Below the pieces are notes generated by a model. The model was not told the origin of the DNA. It ran no database searches and saw only the letters and a program-made list of their open reading frames with translations. Shown one piece after another: positions 54,873 to 64,000 of a stretch of 64,000 bases of DNA. The position numbers were made by a program, and so were the translations under genes. This DNA comes from Gammaproteobacteria bacterium (GTDB lineage: Bacteria > Pseudomonadota > Gammaproteobacteria > Eutrophobiales > Eutrophobiaceae), in assembly GCA_038922795.1 (NCBI GenBank), contig JBCKWI010000001.1:24033-88032 (forward strand), in the 5' to 3' direction. Positions within the stretch are counted from its first letter, which is position 1, and each line of letters opens with the position of its first letter.

Positions 54873-56711
54873 GTGATGCTCAGCTATTTCGCATATGCAG
54901 GGGGTCGGCAACGGGGCCAGGCCATGGTCTTCGTGGTGCTGTTTCTGGGGGTAGTGAGCCTCTCACTGGTATTCCTCTACAAGGCGGGGAAGATAACCAG
55001 TGAGAAAATGCAGGTACAAAATGCGGCAGATGCCGCAGCCTACAGCGTCTCCGTGACCGAGGCCCGGGATCTCAACTTCATGTCCTACACCAACCGCTCC
55101 ATGGTGGCCAATGAAGTGGCCATCGGCCAGCTGGTGGGTATGGCCTCCTGGGCCACGCACTGGGAATCCTTCGGCTATTATCTGATGGCCTATCACCGGC
55201 TGTTTATCCAGCCGCTGGTTTCCGCCGCCTCTCTGGGTACCGCTACCGCGCCGGTTGAAACCATATTTACAACCGCGTCGAATCTTGTCTTCATCACCCC
55301 GGGGAAACTGTTTTTTAATATCTTCAAGGTGGTGGCCAACATCGGCGCCACTGTCCTGCATAATATCAACAAGGCCTACAGTTTCGCCCAGACCGGTTAT
55401 CACTTTGCCAGCATACTCTACGGGGTCAGCGCCTATGTGGACCTGGTGGAACATAATGCACCGGGCGCCAAGATCTCGGATTTCGGGATCTTGTCACTGA
55501 TCGGCCATGCCATGACCTATGGCCAGATTCCAGGTATTCCCGGCAATTTCACCACGACTTACCGGCCCACCAAAGAGGAGCATGCAGAGGGCTACCAGCG
55601 TTTCGCCGCGACAGTGAATGGCTCCAAGGATGAGTTTACCCGCAAACGTGGCTGGACCTTGCCACTGGCCATTCCACCACTACCTATCAATATTGATGAA
55701 CGCTATTCAATCGACCTGGGGATTGCCGAGTTATATGTTGAAATCCAATTCAGGTTTGCCCTGGACCTGGAAAAGGAGGGGGCCAGTGAACTCAGGTTCA
55801 AAGGCGATACAGCCACAGGGAATAAATTCAGCTGGTCCGCCGCCGATACGACCGAACTCGCACTGACATTCTTTTTTCATGTCAAGGCCGGCGCTGATAT
55901 ACCCGTTATTGGGGATATTTCAGCATCGGTGACGGTCGGCTTGGCGGATGGTGAAGCCAACGCCGCCCTGTCGTTACCGGTCATTGGCGAGTTATTCAAT
56001 ATTACGCTACCGTTCCCGACGGGCGCCCCCTTCAGTTCGGGTGCGGCACAGGCGGGGAAAGCCGCTAACGCGCTGAACCAGGCTGATCTGATTGATGTCT
56101 CGACCGATAGTTATGGCAATGCCCCGACCAATCGGGCCTCATGGGTTATCGGCGCGCCATTCATTCCCGGCCCTGGTCCGGTTTTTGTGGCGCCCAATGT
56201 CCCTGTCGTCAGCCTGACCATGCCGACCCCGCAACGCAAGGTTAATACCAGTTATGGGGGATTACCGATGTACTCAGACACCATCCCGCAGAGTGATCCC
56301 TGGGGTTTCGAGGCGCCCTACTTCCTCGCTGGTGTGGTCAAGGACAGCGACCGGATCTACAGCGATAATGCGCCCCTGAAAACTACGGGCACAGGCAAGA
56401 TTAACTCCGATAATTTTTTTTATCTGGATGACGATTCGATTGCCGACAGTGAAGTAGCCGCCATTGCCAAATCCGAAGTTTACTACAGCCGGCCACAGGA
56501 CCTGACCTATTTCCGGCGCGCGGATGGCAACGTTGAATATGGCAGCGCATTTAATCCATACTGGCAGGCCCGGCTGGTGGAGACGACCTATGCCGATCGG
56601 ACGGTTTCAATATTGATCCAGCAGAAACAGACCTTTGGATTTTTGGCTTTACTCTCAAATCTGCTGCAGGTCCCGCTGGATCCCACCAGCTGGTTGCCGG
56701 GATATCCATGA
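54873..56711 (+). CDS. TadG-like pilus-associated protein (Tad N-terminal domain)
   Basis: 612 aa. RQRGQAMVFVVLFLGVVSLSLVFLYKAG...VQNAADAAAYS is typical of TadG/TadE-like N-terminal regions. Confidence 0.6.
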   Translation: MMLSYFAYAGGRQRGQAMVFVVLFLGVVSLSLVFLYKAGKITSEKMQVQNAADAAAYSVSVTEARDLNFMSYTNRSMVANEVAIGQLVGMASWATHWESFGYYLMAYHRLFIQPLVSAASLGTATAPVETIFTTASNLVFITPGKLFFNIFKVVANIGATVLHNINKAYSFAQTGYHFASILYGVSAYVDLVEHNAPGAKISDFGILSLIGHAMTYGQIPGIPGNFTTTYRPTKEEHAEGYQRFAATVNGSKDEFTRKRGWTLPLAIPPLPINIDERYSIDLGIAELYVEIQFRFALDLEKEGASELRFKGDTATGNKFSWSAADTTELALTFFFHVKAGADIPVIGDISASVTVGLADGEANAALSLPVIGELFNITLPFPTGAPFSSGAAQAGKAANALNQADLIDVSTDSYGNAPTNRASWVIGAPFIPGPGPVFVAPNVPVVSLTMPTPQRKVNTSYGGLPMYSDTIPQSDPWGFEAPYFLAGVVKDSDRIYSDNAPLKTTGTGKINSDNFFYLDDDSIADSEVAAIAKSEVYYSRPQDLTYFRRADGNVEYGSAFNPYWQARLVETTYADRTVSILIQQKQTFGFLALLSNLLQVPLDPTSWLPGYP

Positions 56712-57787
56712 CATTCGTGAAACGACAATTCAGGAAAATACAGCAAGGTCAGGCCATGACCGAGACATTGATCACGGCCTCGACCATATTGGTGCCGTTG
56801 CTGCTCCTGATACCCCTGTTAGGCAAATATATCGACATCAAACACAGTGCAATCCAGGCGGCCCGCTATGAGGCCTGGGAATACACGGTATGGTATGGCA
56901 ACAATACTGTGCGCACTGGCCCATGGTCCAGCGGCGAGCGTTCTTCCGGGTTCCAGGATCTCAATGGCAATAACCTGCCACAACCGGTCAAAAGCGTGAG
57001 CCGGTTACAAACGGAGTCCCGGCAAAGATTTTTCTCGGCGACTGACAGCCCTATCACCAGCAGTGATGCACTGACCGGCTGGGATGACACGAATGCCAAC
57101 GAACTCTGGAAAGACCATCGTGATAACCGGCTCTGGGCGGGCGATATTCCTACCGGCTATCTCCCGAAAAGTTCTGAAAACACACCGGATTACAGTGGCG
57201 GGGTGCTCAATACCCTGCTGGACATCCTGGATGCGGTATTCAGCGCCATCGCCTTCGCCATGAAACTGGTTGGCAGCAGCGTCGGATTTACCGCCATCAA
57301 TACTCACGGACTGTCAAAATCGAACGTGATGATACCCGTCACGGCGCCGGCGGGCCTGATCGATTTTGCCACGATCACCGATGCCCCGGGGGTGGATGAT
57401 TCCACGGCGGCCTATGACCTGCAGTTTGAAGCGGGCGCCGCCGTCCTGACCGATGGCTGGAATTCCGGCGGTCTGGGGCATACGGTCAACCAGGTCGGTG
57501 GTATTACACCGACCAAGATTCTGGGCTCACTGGTGGATACCTTACTTGATTCAGTACCAGGGCTGGGCGTCGCCTGGGACATCGTCACCATCTTGATCCC
57601 CGAATGGCGCCGTTGCAATCCCGCCATTCCGCATTTCCTCGATCCTGAAGGTGATGGCAGCCTGTGGCTGGGTTATATTAACGTCGACGCTGTACATCCC
57701 GACCGGCTGGATATTGGCGGTTCTCATGATTGCCCTGACGGGATTTGCAATTTCAGCTATCAGGACTATGCACCTTGTGATTTATAG
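56708..57787 (+). CDS. TadE/TadF-like pseudopilin-related protein
   Basis: 359 aa. IQQGQAMTETLITASTILVPLLLLIPLLGKYIDIKHSAIQAARYEAWE is present. It overlaps the upstream gene by 4 nt. Confidence 0.5.
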   Translation: MTFVKRQFRKIQQGQAMTETLITASTILVPLLLLIPLLGKYIDIKHSAIQAARYEAWEYTVWYGNNTVRTGPWSSGERSSGFQDLNGNNLPQPVKSVSRLQTESRQRFFSATDSPITSSDALTGWDDTNANELWKDHRDNRLWAGDIPTGYLPKSSENTPDYSGGVLNTLLDILDAVFSAIAFAMKLVGSSVGFTAINTHGLSKSNVMIPVTAPAGLIDFATITDAPGVDDSTAAYDLQFEAGAAVLTDGWNSGGLGHTVNQVGGITPTKILGSLVDTLLDSVPGLGVAWDIVTILIPEWRRCNPAIPHFLDPEGDGSLWLGYINVDAVHPDRLDIGGSHDCPDGICNFSYQDYAPCDL

Positions 57788-57796
57788 AGACCGAAA

Positions 57797-58507
57797 ATGA
57801 AAACAGGCATTGCTTCGCGATTCTTTTTCAGGCTACTGCTTTGTGCCGGACTGTGCACCATGTTGCCCGGCGTCTGGGCGGCGCCGAAGTTTCCCGCTCC
57901 TCCTGATGCAACTGCCGGTATGCTGGGCGAGGCAATGGTGGTCAATGGCATTCCCATGCATATCCGTCAGTTTGTCAGTAATAAATCAGTCCACGAGGTG
58001 CTGGAATATTACCGCCAGTTCTGGCCCAAAGGCACAGAGGAAAAACCCGGTTATACCGAGACCGATATATTGACGCCGTGGAAGATCATCACCCGTGTCG
58101 AGGATGGTTATCTGATGACGGTACAGGTAACGGAACAGGGCGAGAAGGGATCACATGGATTGCTGGGCATGAGCAAACTGCCCAATCCGGACAGGGATCT
58201 GCCGGAGCTGGGTAAAGACTTTCCCAGGATGCGTGGCAGTACGGTATTCAATGATATCCAGAGTAAGGATATCGGCAAACAGGGCCGCACCCTGCAACTC
58301 TCCAACCCGTTTTCCGTGGAGTCCAATGCCAATTTCTACCGGGATCACTTTACCAATCAGGGCTGGGCGGTTGATATGGACAAGGACTTTTCCAGTAACG
58401 GCCATGCGCAGCGATTCAGCAATGGCAATCAAAATGTTATCATCACCATAAACAAGGGCAAAAACGGTTCAGTCATCGTTGCACAGACTGAGAAGACAGG
58501 ATGGTAA
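57797..58507 (+). CDS. Hypothetical secreted protein of the tad locus
   Basis: 236 aa with a signal peptide (RFFFRLLLCAGLCTMLPGVWA). I recognised no motif. Confidence 0.5.
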   Translation: MKTGIASRFFFRLLLCAGLCTMLPGVWAAPKFPAPPDATAGMLGEAMVVNGIPMHIRQFVSNKSVHEVLEYYRQFWPKGTEEKPGYTETDILTPWKIITRVEDGYLMTVQVTEQGEKGSHGLLGMSKLPNPDRDLPELGKDFPRMRGSTVFNDIQSKDIGKQGRTLQLSNPFSVESNANFYRDHFTNQGWAVDMDKDFSSNGHAQRFSNGNQNVIITINKGKNGSVIVAQTEKTGW

Positions 58508-58518
58508 AGGTTTCCGGC

Positions 58519-58962
58519 ATGAAAAATATTACACCAGCCACACCCAAAGACAGCTTCCGGCAAAAGGCCCGGTTTCGTCAACTGGGACAATCCATGGTGG
58601 AATATACCGTGGTCTCGGTATTCGGAATACTGGTGCTCACCACAGGACCTGGAGGGGATGTGATTGTCGACCTGACCAATGCCATCCGCAATAACTACAA
58701 TGGTTACACCTACGCCGTATCGCTCTCTGACTACCCGGACAAGGAAGACCCGGCGGAAGTTGTCAGTCTTTATAACAGTCAGGGTATGCCCGCGGAACAG
58801 GTCGCCTATCTGGTTGATGTCCCTGCGGATTTAATCCACGATATACTGAATTTCAATATCAGTAGTTTCCCGAGCGTACAGGAAGGACTGGATTTCCTGG
58901 ACGATGTGGGGTTGGGTGTGAGTGATTTTTGCGGTGAAGGCTGCCCATTGTCACTTTTTTGA
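58519..58962 (+). CDS. Pilin-like protein with Flp/TadE-type leader
   Basis: Track ORF 58501..58962. ATG 58519 gives MKNITPATPKDSFRQKARFRQLGQS|MVEYTVVSVFGILVL. Confidence 0.5.
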   Translation: MKNITPATPKDSFRQKARFRQLGQSMVEYTVVSVFGILVLTTGPGGDVIVDLTNAIRNNYNGYTYAVSLSDYPDKEDPAEVVSLYNSQGMPAEQVAYLVDVPADLIHDILNFNISSFPSVQEGLDFLDDVGLGVSDFCGEGCPLSLF

Positions 58963-59149
58963 TTGAAGAAATCCTGATTCCTGGCCGGACTCGCTTAAAT
59001 CCGGGAACAGAATCACAAAAAAAACGAATTGATGTTTATTAATCGCTAGACTTGTTATAAGCGGGTTGTAACTGGCAGCGCCATAATAAACAATAGCATT
59101 ATTAATCAGATTACGGGGATTACCCGTAATATTATCGAGAGGGGAAGAT

Positions 59150-60964
59150 ATGGCTTCAGCGAGTGGCAGTAAGACCTTGATGTTACTGGTGGGTGCTATC
59201 GGCTTCGGCATAGCAGCTGCAATCCTCTCAACGGTTTACCTGAAAAGCCGTGAGGCTGCCATCATCAAAAGCCTGAAAGGAGACGAACAGGAGATGGTCG
59301 CTGTAGTAGTCGCCAATCAGGATTTACCGAAAGGCCAGGAAGTCGGGCCCGGTTATTTCGCGGTCCGGAATATTCCCGGTACCTATGTCCATCCTAACGC
59401 AGTATCACCTGACAAAATTGAAAGTTATTACGGCCGGTTCCTGGTTGAGAACCTCGGCCGCGGCAAACCACTCCTGACCAATTTCATGAATGAGACCTTC
59501 CCGGTGGATTTCTCGGATCTCATCAGTCAGGGGCGGCGAGCCATCACCATCCAGGTGGACGAGGTGCAATCGATCGCAGGCATGGCACGGCCGGGGAACA
59601 AGATAGATATCTACGTCAATATCGCCACCAAGATTGCCGGATACAAGGAAGAGGGCAAGCCAGGCGAATTGCCTGCCGGAATGCAACAGGCCGCCTTGCA
59701 GGCCGCTGCCAATTCCGGGGTAGACATTCCGCCAGAGGCGCTGGATGCCGTGGCTGCCAATATTGCGGATAAACCCGCCGATGTCATTCTGCCGGTATTA
59801 CAGGATGTGCGGTTACTGGCAACCGGCCGCGAAGCCTATGATGAGCACCTGGATGCTATCGGCTATCCGCAGCGCCGCTCTGAATTGAATTATACTTCGA
59901 TGACGGTCGATGTCACGCCGGAACAGGCAGCATTACTGGCCATCGCCGAGGATAAAGGTGATCTGATCGCCGTATTGCGTAACCGCAATGACAAGCAAAG
60001 CGCGCAATTCACCGGTATCACGCCTTTCGATCTGTTCACCAACGCCAGTGAAATGAAAAAACAGGCGGCTATCCGCAAGGCGGCCGAGGCCGCAGGCGCC
60101 ACCATTGATGAAAATGGCAACTGGGTGGCCAGTGACGGCACCGTTATCAAGAAAGAGAATCTGGTTATTTCGGAGAGCGGCGCAGTGACAACGAAGAATG
60201 GGCAATTGCTGGCTTCCAACGGGATTTCCGTCAACAACAGTGGCCAGTATGTCGATGCCCAAGGGAATGTCATTCCGCCTGATCAGATTATTGTCAATGC
60301 GGACGGCACGATCACCAGTAAAGACGAGATCATGAAGGCCGCGGGTTATACCAAAAATGCAGATGGCGACTATGTCGATGCCCAGGGCAACGTGGTCAGG
60401 AAAGAAGATGTCATGGTTGCCGCGGACGGTACCGTGATGAACCGGGACCAGATCATGAAGGCCGCGGGTTATACCAAAAATGCAGATGGCGACTATGTGG
60501 ACGCCGACGGCAATGTTGTAAAGGCCGAAGACGTCAAGGTACTTGCCAGCGGTTCGATAGTCGCCGGGGGAAAGGCTATCGGTGGCCCGAAGGTAACCGT
60601 CAACGAGCAGGGTTTCATCATCGCTGAAGACGGCACCGTGATGACCGCTGACGGGAAGGTATTGACCGGCGTAGCGGTAAACGAAAAAGGCCAGGTAGTC
60701 GGGCCCGATGGCAAGGTGCTGACAGATGCCAATCTCGCCGTTGCGGCTGATGGGACGGTACGGGACAGCAGTGGAAATCTTGTAGCCGGAATTTCCGGCT
60801 CGGACTTGCCTCCTGAAATTGCTGTCACGGATGTATCACCATTCCTGGCCAGATTATCCAATTTTGTCAGCTTGATTGTAGGTGGCGCCAGCAAGGATGG
60901 TGTTGCCAAAACCAGCATCTTGCCGGTACAACCATTGGCTGGTGAACTACAGGCAACCGAATAA
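59150..60964 (+). CDS. cpaB: CpaB/RcpC pilus assembly protein with about 300-aa repeat-rich C-terminal extension
   Basis: The N-terminal TM is followed by a SAF/RcpC-like region (VVVANQDLPKGQEV, RRAITIQVDEVQSIAGMARPGNKIDIY). Residues from about 300 to 604 consist of DG(T/N)V-type repeats. Confidence 0.75.
   Translation: MASASGSKTLMLLVGAIGFGIAAAILSTVYLKSREAAIIKSLKGDEQEMVAVVVANQDLPKGQEVGPGYFAVRNIPGTYVHPNAVSPDKIESYYGRFLVENLGRGKPLLTNFMNETFPVDFSDLISQGRRAITIQVDEVQSIAGMARPGNKIDIYVNIATKIAGYKEEGKPGELPAGMQQAALQAAANSGVDIPPEALDAVAANIADKPADVILPVLQDVRLLATGREAYDEHLDAIGYPQRRSELNYTSMTVDVTPEQAALLAIAEDKGDLIAVLRNRNDKQSAQFTGITPFDLFTNASEMKKQAAIRKAAEAAGATIDENGNWVASDGTVIKKENLVISESGAVTTKNGQLLASNGISVNNSGQYVDAQGNVIPPDQIIVNADGTITSKDEIMKAAGYTKNADGDYVDAQGNVVRKEDVMVAADGTVMNRDQIMKAAGYTKNADGDYVDADGNVVKAEDVKVLASGSIVAGGKAIGGPKVTVNEQGFIIAEDGTVMTADGKVLTGVAVNEKGQVVGPDGKVLTDANLAVAADGTVRDSSGNLVAGISGSDLPPEIAVTDVSPFLARLSNFVSLIVGGASKDGVAKTSILPVQPLAGELQATE
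60298..60543 (+). repeat. Tandem 123-nt (41-aa) duplication inside cpaB
   Basis: A 48-nt perfect repeat, gatcatgaaggccgcgggttataccaaaaatgcagatggcgactatgt, occurs at 60328 and 60451. The flanking sequence is similar. Confidence 0.9.
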
Positions 60965-61028
60965 TAAATCCAGTACAACTTAAATAACTAAATGACCCAC
61001 TGCTAATCACTGATAACAGGCTACTAAA

Positions 61029-62363
61029 GTGAAAAAAATTCTGATTATTTTCTTCCTTGCCATCACCACGCTGGCAGCCCATGCCGTCGATAGTGTTTCG
61101 ATGTTCGCCGGCGAAATTAAAATTCTGGAAGTTGGCTCAATTGACAGGGTAGCGGTCGGTAACGCAGGGCTGCTGAGTACATCAATGCTGGATAACGGCC
61201 AGTTATTATTACTTGCCGAGAAAGAAGGTGAAACAACCGTACACATCTGGTACAGCGATGGCGCCGAAAGTGATCTCAAGGTACAGATACTCGCCAGCGA
61301 CAATACCCGCGTGGTCCATGAACTTCGCACCCTGTTGAGTGGCCTGGGCGATGTTGAGGTTAAACAGGTAGGTGGGCGCATTTTTATCACGGGCTCATTA
61401 CTGACGACTGATGGGGAATTGCTTGGCACCATCAAGACTGCCTATCCACAGTTGATCGACCTGACCCGCAAGTTTGATCCGCCGGCCTCGGCGCTGGTGC
61501 TGCCTTCACAAAAGATGATCTACATGAACGTGAAGATCACCGAATTCAATACCAGCAAACTTACGGAATTGGGTATCGATTGGTCTGATGCTGTTGCCGG
61601 CCCCGGTGCAGGTCTAGTACATTCCTTTGTGACCAACCAAGCTTTCACCCATAATACTGAGGCAGGTGCAACCTCATTTTGGCCTATAACAACTATTGAA
61701 GATGATTTAGGAAATACATCAAATGTATTAGGTTTCCCCAGCCCTATTGGGGCTTTTGGTATAGCCACTGAAATTTTTTCACGAATTAACCTATTAGTGC
61801 AGACCGGTGATGCCGTAATCCTGGCGGAACCCAGACTCAGTACCCGCAGCGGTGGCAAGGCTGAATTCCTCGCCGGTGGAGAGATCCCCGTTGTTTCCGC
61901 TGCCGGTCTGGGATCCACCACTGTCGAGTACAAGGAATTCGGTATCAAGCTGGCTATCGAACCGGTAGTCGACAGCCTCAATAATATTATGGCCAAGGTA
62001 GCAACCGAGGTCAGTGCAGTAGATCGGTCAAATGCGGTCGGAGGGATACCTGCATTTATAACACGCAAGACCACTACCGATATCAGCATGAAAGACGGTG
62101 AGACACTGGTATTGTCCGGCCTTGTAGACCGAAGTATCGGTAAGTCTATTGATAAATTTCCAATACTCGGTGATATCCCGATCCTCGGCGCCCTGTTCCG
62201 TTCCACACTCTGGAACAACGACCTGACCGAGCTGGTCATCTTTGTCACCCCGACCGTCTTTGATGCCAAATCGGAATTTAATCAGGAACGCGTGCAGCGC
62301 CGGGAAAAATTGATCGAACAATTCAAGACCAACGCTAAAAAAGATGATCTCATTATTGACTGA
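61029..62363 (+). CDS. cpaC: CpaC/RcpA secretin (type II/III secretion system secretin family)
   Basis: 444 aa with a GTG start and signal peptide. It has an N-terminal pilus BON-like domain. The secretin C-domain has GETLVLSGLV, FPILGDIPILGALFRS and ELVIFVTPTV. Confidence 0.9.
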   Translation: MKKILIIFFLAITTLAAHAVDSVSMFAGEIKILEVGSIDRVAVGNAGLLSTSMLDNGQLLLLAEKEGETTVHIWYSDGAESDLKVQILASDNTRVVHELRTLLSGLGDVEVKQVGGRIFITGSLLTTDGELLGTIKTAYPQLIDLTRKFDPPASALVLPSQKMIYMNVKITEFNTSKLTELGIDWSDAVAGPGAGLVHSFVTNQAFTHNTEAGATSFWPITTIEDDLGNTSNVLGFPSPIGAFGIATEIFSRINLLVQTGDAVILAEPRLSTRSGGKAEFLAGGEIPVVSAAGLGSTTVEYKEFGIKLAIEPVVDSLNNIMAKVATEVSAVDRSNAVGGIPAFITRKTTTDISMKDGETLVLSGLVDRSIGKSIDKFPILGDIPILGALFRSTLWNNDLTELVIFVTPTVFDAKSEFNQERVQRREKLIEQFKTNAKKDDLIID

Positions 62364-62491
62364 CAAAACCGGAACTACGAAAAGCACTAAGGGGGAAAAT
62401 TAATATATTGTTTGTTCGTGATTTGGCTTTTACATTGTGTTCATTGGTTAAATTAACTTTCTAATTATCCTGAAAATCTATTGAGGTTGCC

Positions 62492-64000
62492 ATGTTTGAC
62501 GTAGTCGTAAAAACCAAAGACGGAAAAAAAATAAAAGGGCTGCGTGTCCCGATTAATGTCTGCGGAATAGGCAAGGCCCGCGATAACCTCGTCCAGGTAA
62601 GGGGCTGGCGGGTCTCACCCTATCACGCCGAGATCCAGCGCAATGCCGATGGCCTGTTCGTCGAAGACAAGAGCGGCGGCAATACACTCGTAAATGGCAA
62701 TGAAATCCAGCGGTATGGGCCATTACGCTCATCAGATGTGATTGTTGTCGGTGGCTTTTACATTACCGCTGGCATTGATGAAAAGACCGAGGGTGCTTAT
62801 GTCGATGATGTCACCGATATCCGCACCATGATCGGCGTGCATCCCCATGCCGAGATAAAGGAAGACGAATCCATCTTCGAGAATGAACGCTTCATGTGGC
62901 GCAACCGTGTGCATGAGGAACTGCTGCATATGATGGATCTGCGCCGTCTCGACATCGGCAACATGTCTGAAGACGAGTTGCGCCACCATGTGGACAAGTT
63001 GATCAAGGAGATCATCAAACAGATGGAGGGCAAGATCCCCGCCGATGTTGACAAGGTAAAACTGGCAACAGATGTTCTGAATGAAGCCGTGGGCCTGGGG
63101 CCGCTGGAAGAATTGCTGGCCCAGGATGATATTACCGAGATCATGGTCAACAAGTTTGATGAGATCTATATTGAAAAAGGCGGCAAATTAATAAAATCCA
63201 ATGTCGTCTTCAGCAGTGATGATGCCGTCATGTCGGCGATTGAACGTATCGTTTCACCCTTGGGCCGGCGTATTGATGAAAGTTCGCCTCTGGTCGATGC
63301 ACGGTTAAAAGATGGTTCCCGCGTGAACGCTATCATCCCGCCGCTGGCCCTGCGCGGTCCATGTCTGACCATCCGCAAATTTTCCAAGAAAAAACTGACC
63401 GATGAAGATATGATTAAATTCGGCGCCGTCAACGAAAACATGATGAAATTTCTGAAGATGGCTGTGGTACACAGGAAAAATATCGTCATTTCCGGCGGCA
63501 CCGGCAGCGGCAAGACCACTCTGCTCAATGTGCTCTCCAACTATATACCCGAAACCGAACGCATCATTACCGTAGAAGACGCCGCGGAAATGAAACTGTC
63601 GCAACCGCATATAGTGAGTCTGGAGGCACGGCCGCCCAATATGGAAGGCAAAGGCGCCATTCCGATCCGGGAATTGGTCAAAAACTGCCTGCGTATGCGG
63701 CCCGATCGGATTGTGGTCGGTGAGTGCCGTGGCGGCGAGGCGCTGGACATGCTGCAGGCCATGAATACCGGCCATGACGGATCGATGACTACCGCGCACG
63801 CCAATACGCCGCGCGACTTGATCGCACGCCTTGAGGTCATGGTCATGATGTCGGGTATGGATTTGCCCAGCAAAGCAATCCGCGAGCAGGTCGCCTCTGC
63901 CGTGGATGTCGTTGTGCAACAGACCCGCTTCAGTGACGGCAGCAGAAAGGTTGTCAACATTACCGAGATCACCGGCATGGAGAGCGACATGGTACAGATG
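62492..64000 (+). CDS. cpaF: FHA domain + CpaF/TadA secretion ATPase, C-terminus beyond right edge
   Basis: Own translation from ATG 62492 gives 503 codons to the window end with no stop. The N-terminal FHA-like segment is GKARDNLVQVRGWRVSPYHAEIQRNADGLFVEDKSGGNTLVNG. Walker A is GGTGSGKTT. Also present are VGECRGGEALDMLQAMNTGHDGSMTTAHAN. It is absent from the ORF track. Confidence 0.9.
   Translation, partial: MFDVVVKTKDGKKIKGLRVPINVCGIGKARDNLVQVRGWRVSPYHAEIQRNADGLFVEDKSGGNTLVNGNEIQRYGPLRSSDVIVVGGFYITAGIDEKTEGAYVDDVTDIRTMIGVHPHAEIKEDESIFENERFMWRNRVHEELLHMMDLRRLDIGNMSEDELRHHVDKLIKEIIKQMEGKIPADVDKVKLATDVLNEAVGLGPLEELLAQDDITEIMVNKFDEIYIEKGGKLIKSNVVFSSDDAVMSAIERIVSPLGRRIDESSPLVDARLKDGSRVNAIIPPLALRGPCLTIRKFSKKKLTDEDMIKFGAVNENMMKFLKMAVVHRKNIVISGGTGSGKTTLLNVLSNYIPETERIITVEDAAEMKLSQPHIVSLEARPPNMEGKGAIPIRELVKNCLRMRPDRIVVGECRGGEALDMLQAMNTGHDGSMTTAHANTPRDLIARLEVMVMMSGMDLPSKAIREQVASAVDVVVQQTRFSDGSRKVVNITEITGMESDMVQM

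Noticed and set aside
1-64000. tRNA, rRNA, tmRNA or other classical RNA genes in the intergenic regions
   Set aside because: I could not recognise cloverleaf-compatible sequences or rRNA signatures by eye. A tRNAscan or Infernal run is needed to exclude them formally.

Overview
This is a 64-kb chromosomal segment that looks gammaproteobacterial, with moderate GC. All calls rest on my own reading of the ORF track and raw sequence. No database search was possible, so family assignments come from motif recognition.

Housekeeping backbone: prfB (with its programmed +1 frameshift) and lysS, recJ, thrC, hom, an aminotransferase, a Nit-family hydrolase, tldD, ppnP, rluF, aroC, prmB, an HD-GYP protein and htpG.

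Accessory material:
1. 0.5-4.8 kb: a five-gene operon for a copper-binding RiPP of the Hvf/EGKCG (MNIO) class. The signal-peptide precursor carries six G-K-C-G-E sites. It is followed by DUF692/MNIO, DUF2063, an extra membrane-anchored FMN glutamate-synthase-family enzyme, and DoxX.
2. Five copies of an intergenic palindromic element built from GGTAG/CTACC words. One copy still carries a decayed four-helix-bundle (IVS-type) gene and sits between prfB and lysS.
3. 18.0-20.4 kb: a 2.1-kb insert flanked by a duplicated 5-prime end of a lytic transglycosylase gene. It contains a divergent XRE / Ner-like repressor pair.
4. 27.2-29.4 kb: an integron-like cassette array without an integrase (CALIN-like). 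It has exact core/inverse-core heptamer pairs and two toxin-antitoxin cassettes.
5. 34.9-47.3 kb: an insertion hotspot in which the 3-prime end of a cytochrome c gene (partner of a SorA/SoxC-type molybdoenzyme) occurs four times and delimits three islets. Islet 1 has an AAA-nuclease ATPase and a Type III R-M with an ORF6N gene wedged between mod and res. Islet 2 has a Panacea-domain antitoxin with a nonsense-interrupted toxin. Islet 3 has a wHTH-GHKL-STAS(DUF4325) protein with iteron-like repeats, gene remnants and VapBC.
6. 54.5-64.0 kb: a Tad/Flp pilus locus with a 604-aa repeat-extended CpaB and an FHA-CpaF fusion that runs off the right edge.

Several REP-type hairpin families are scattered throughout. 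I did not recognise any rRNA, tRNA or CRISPR array.
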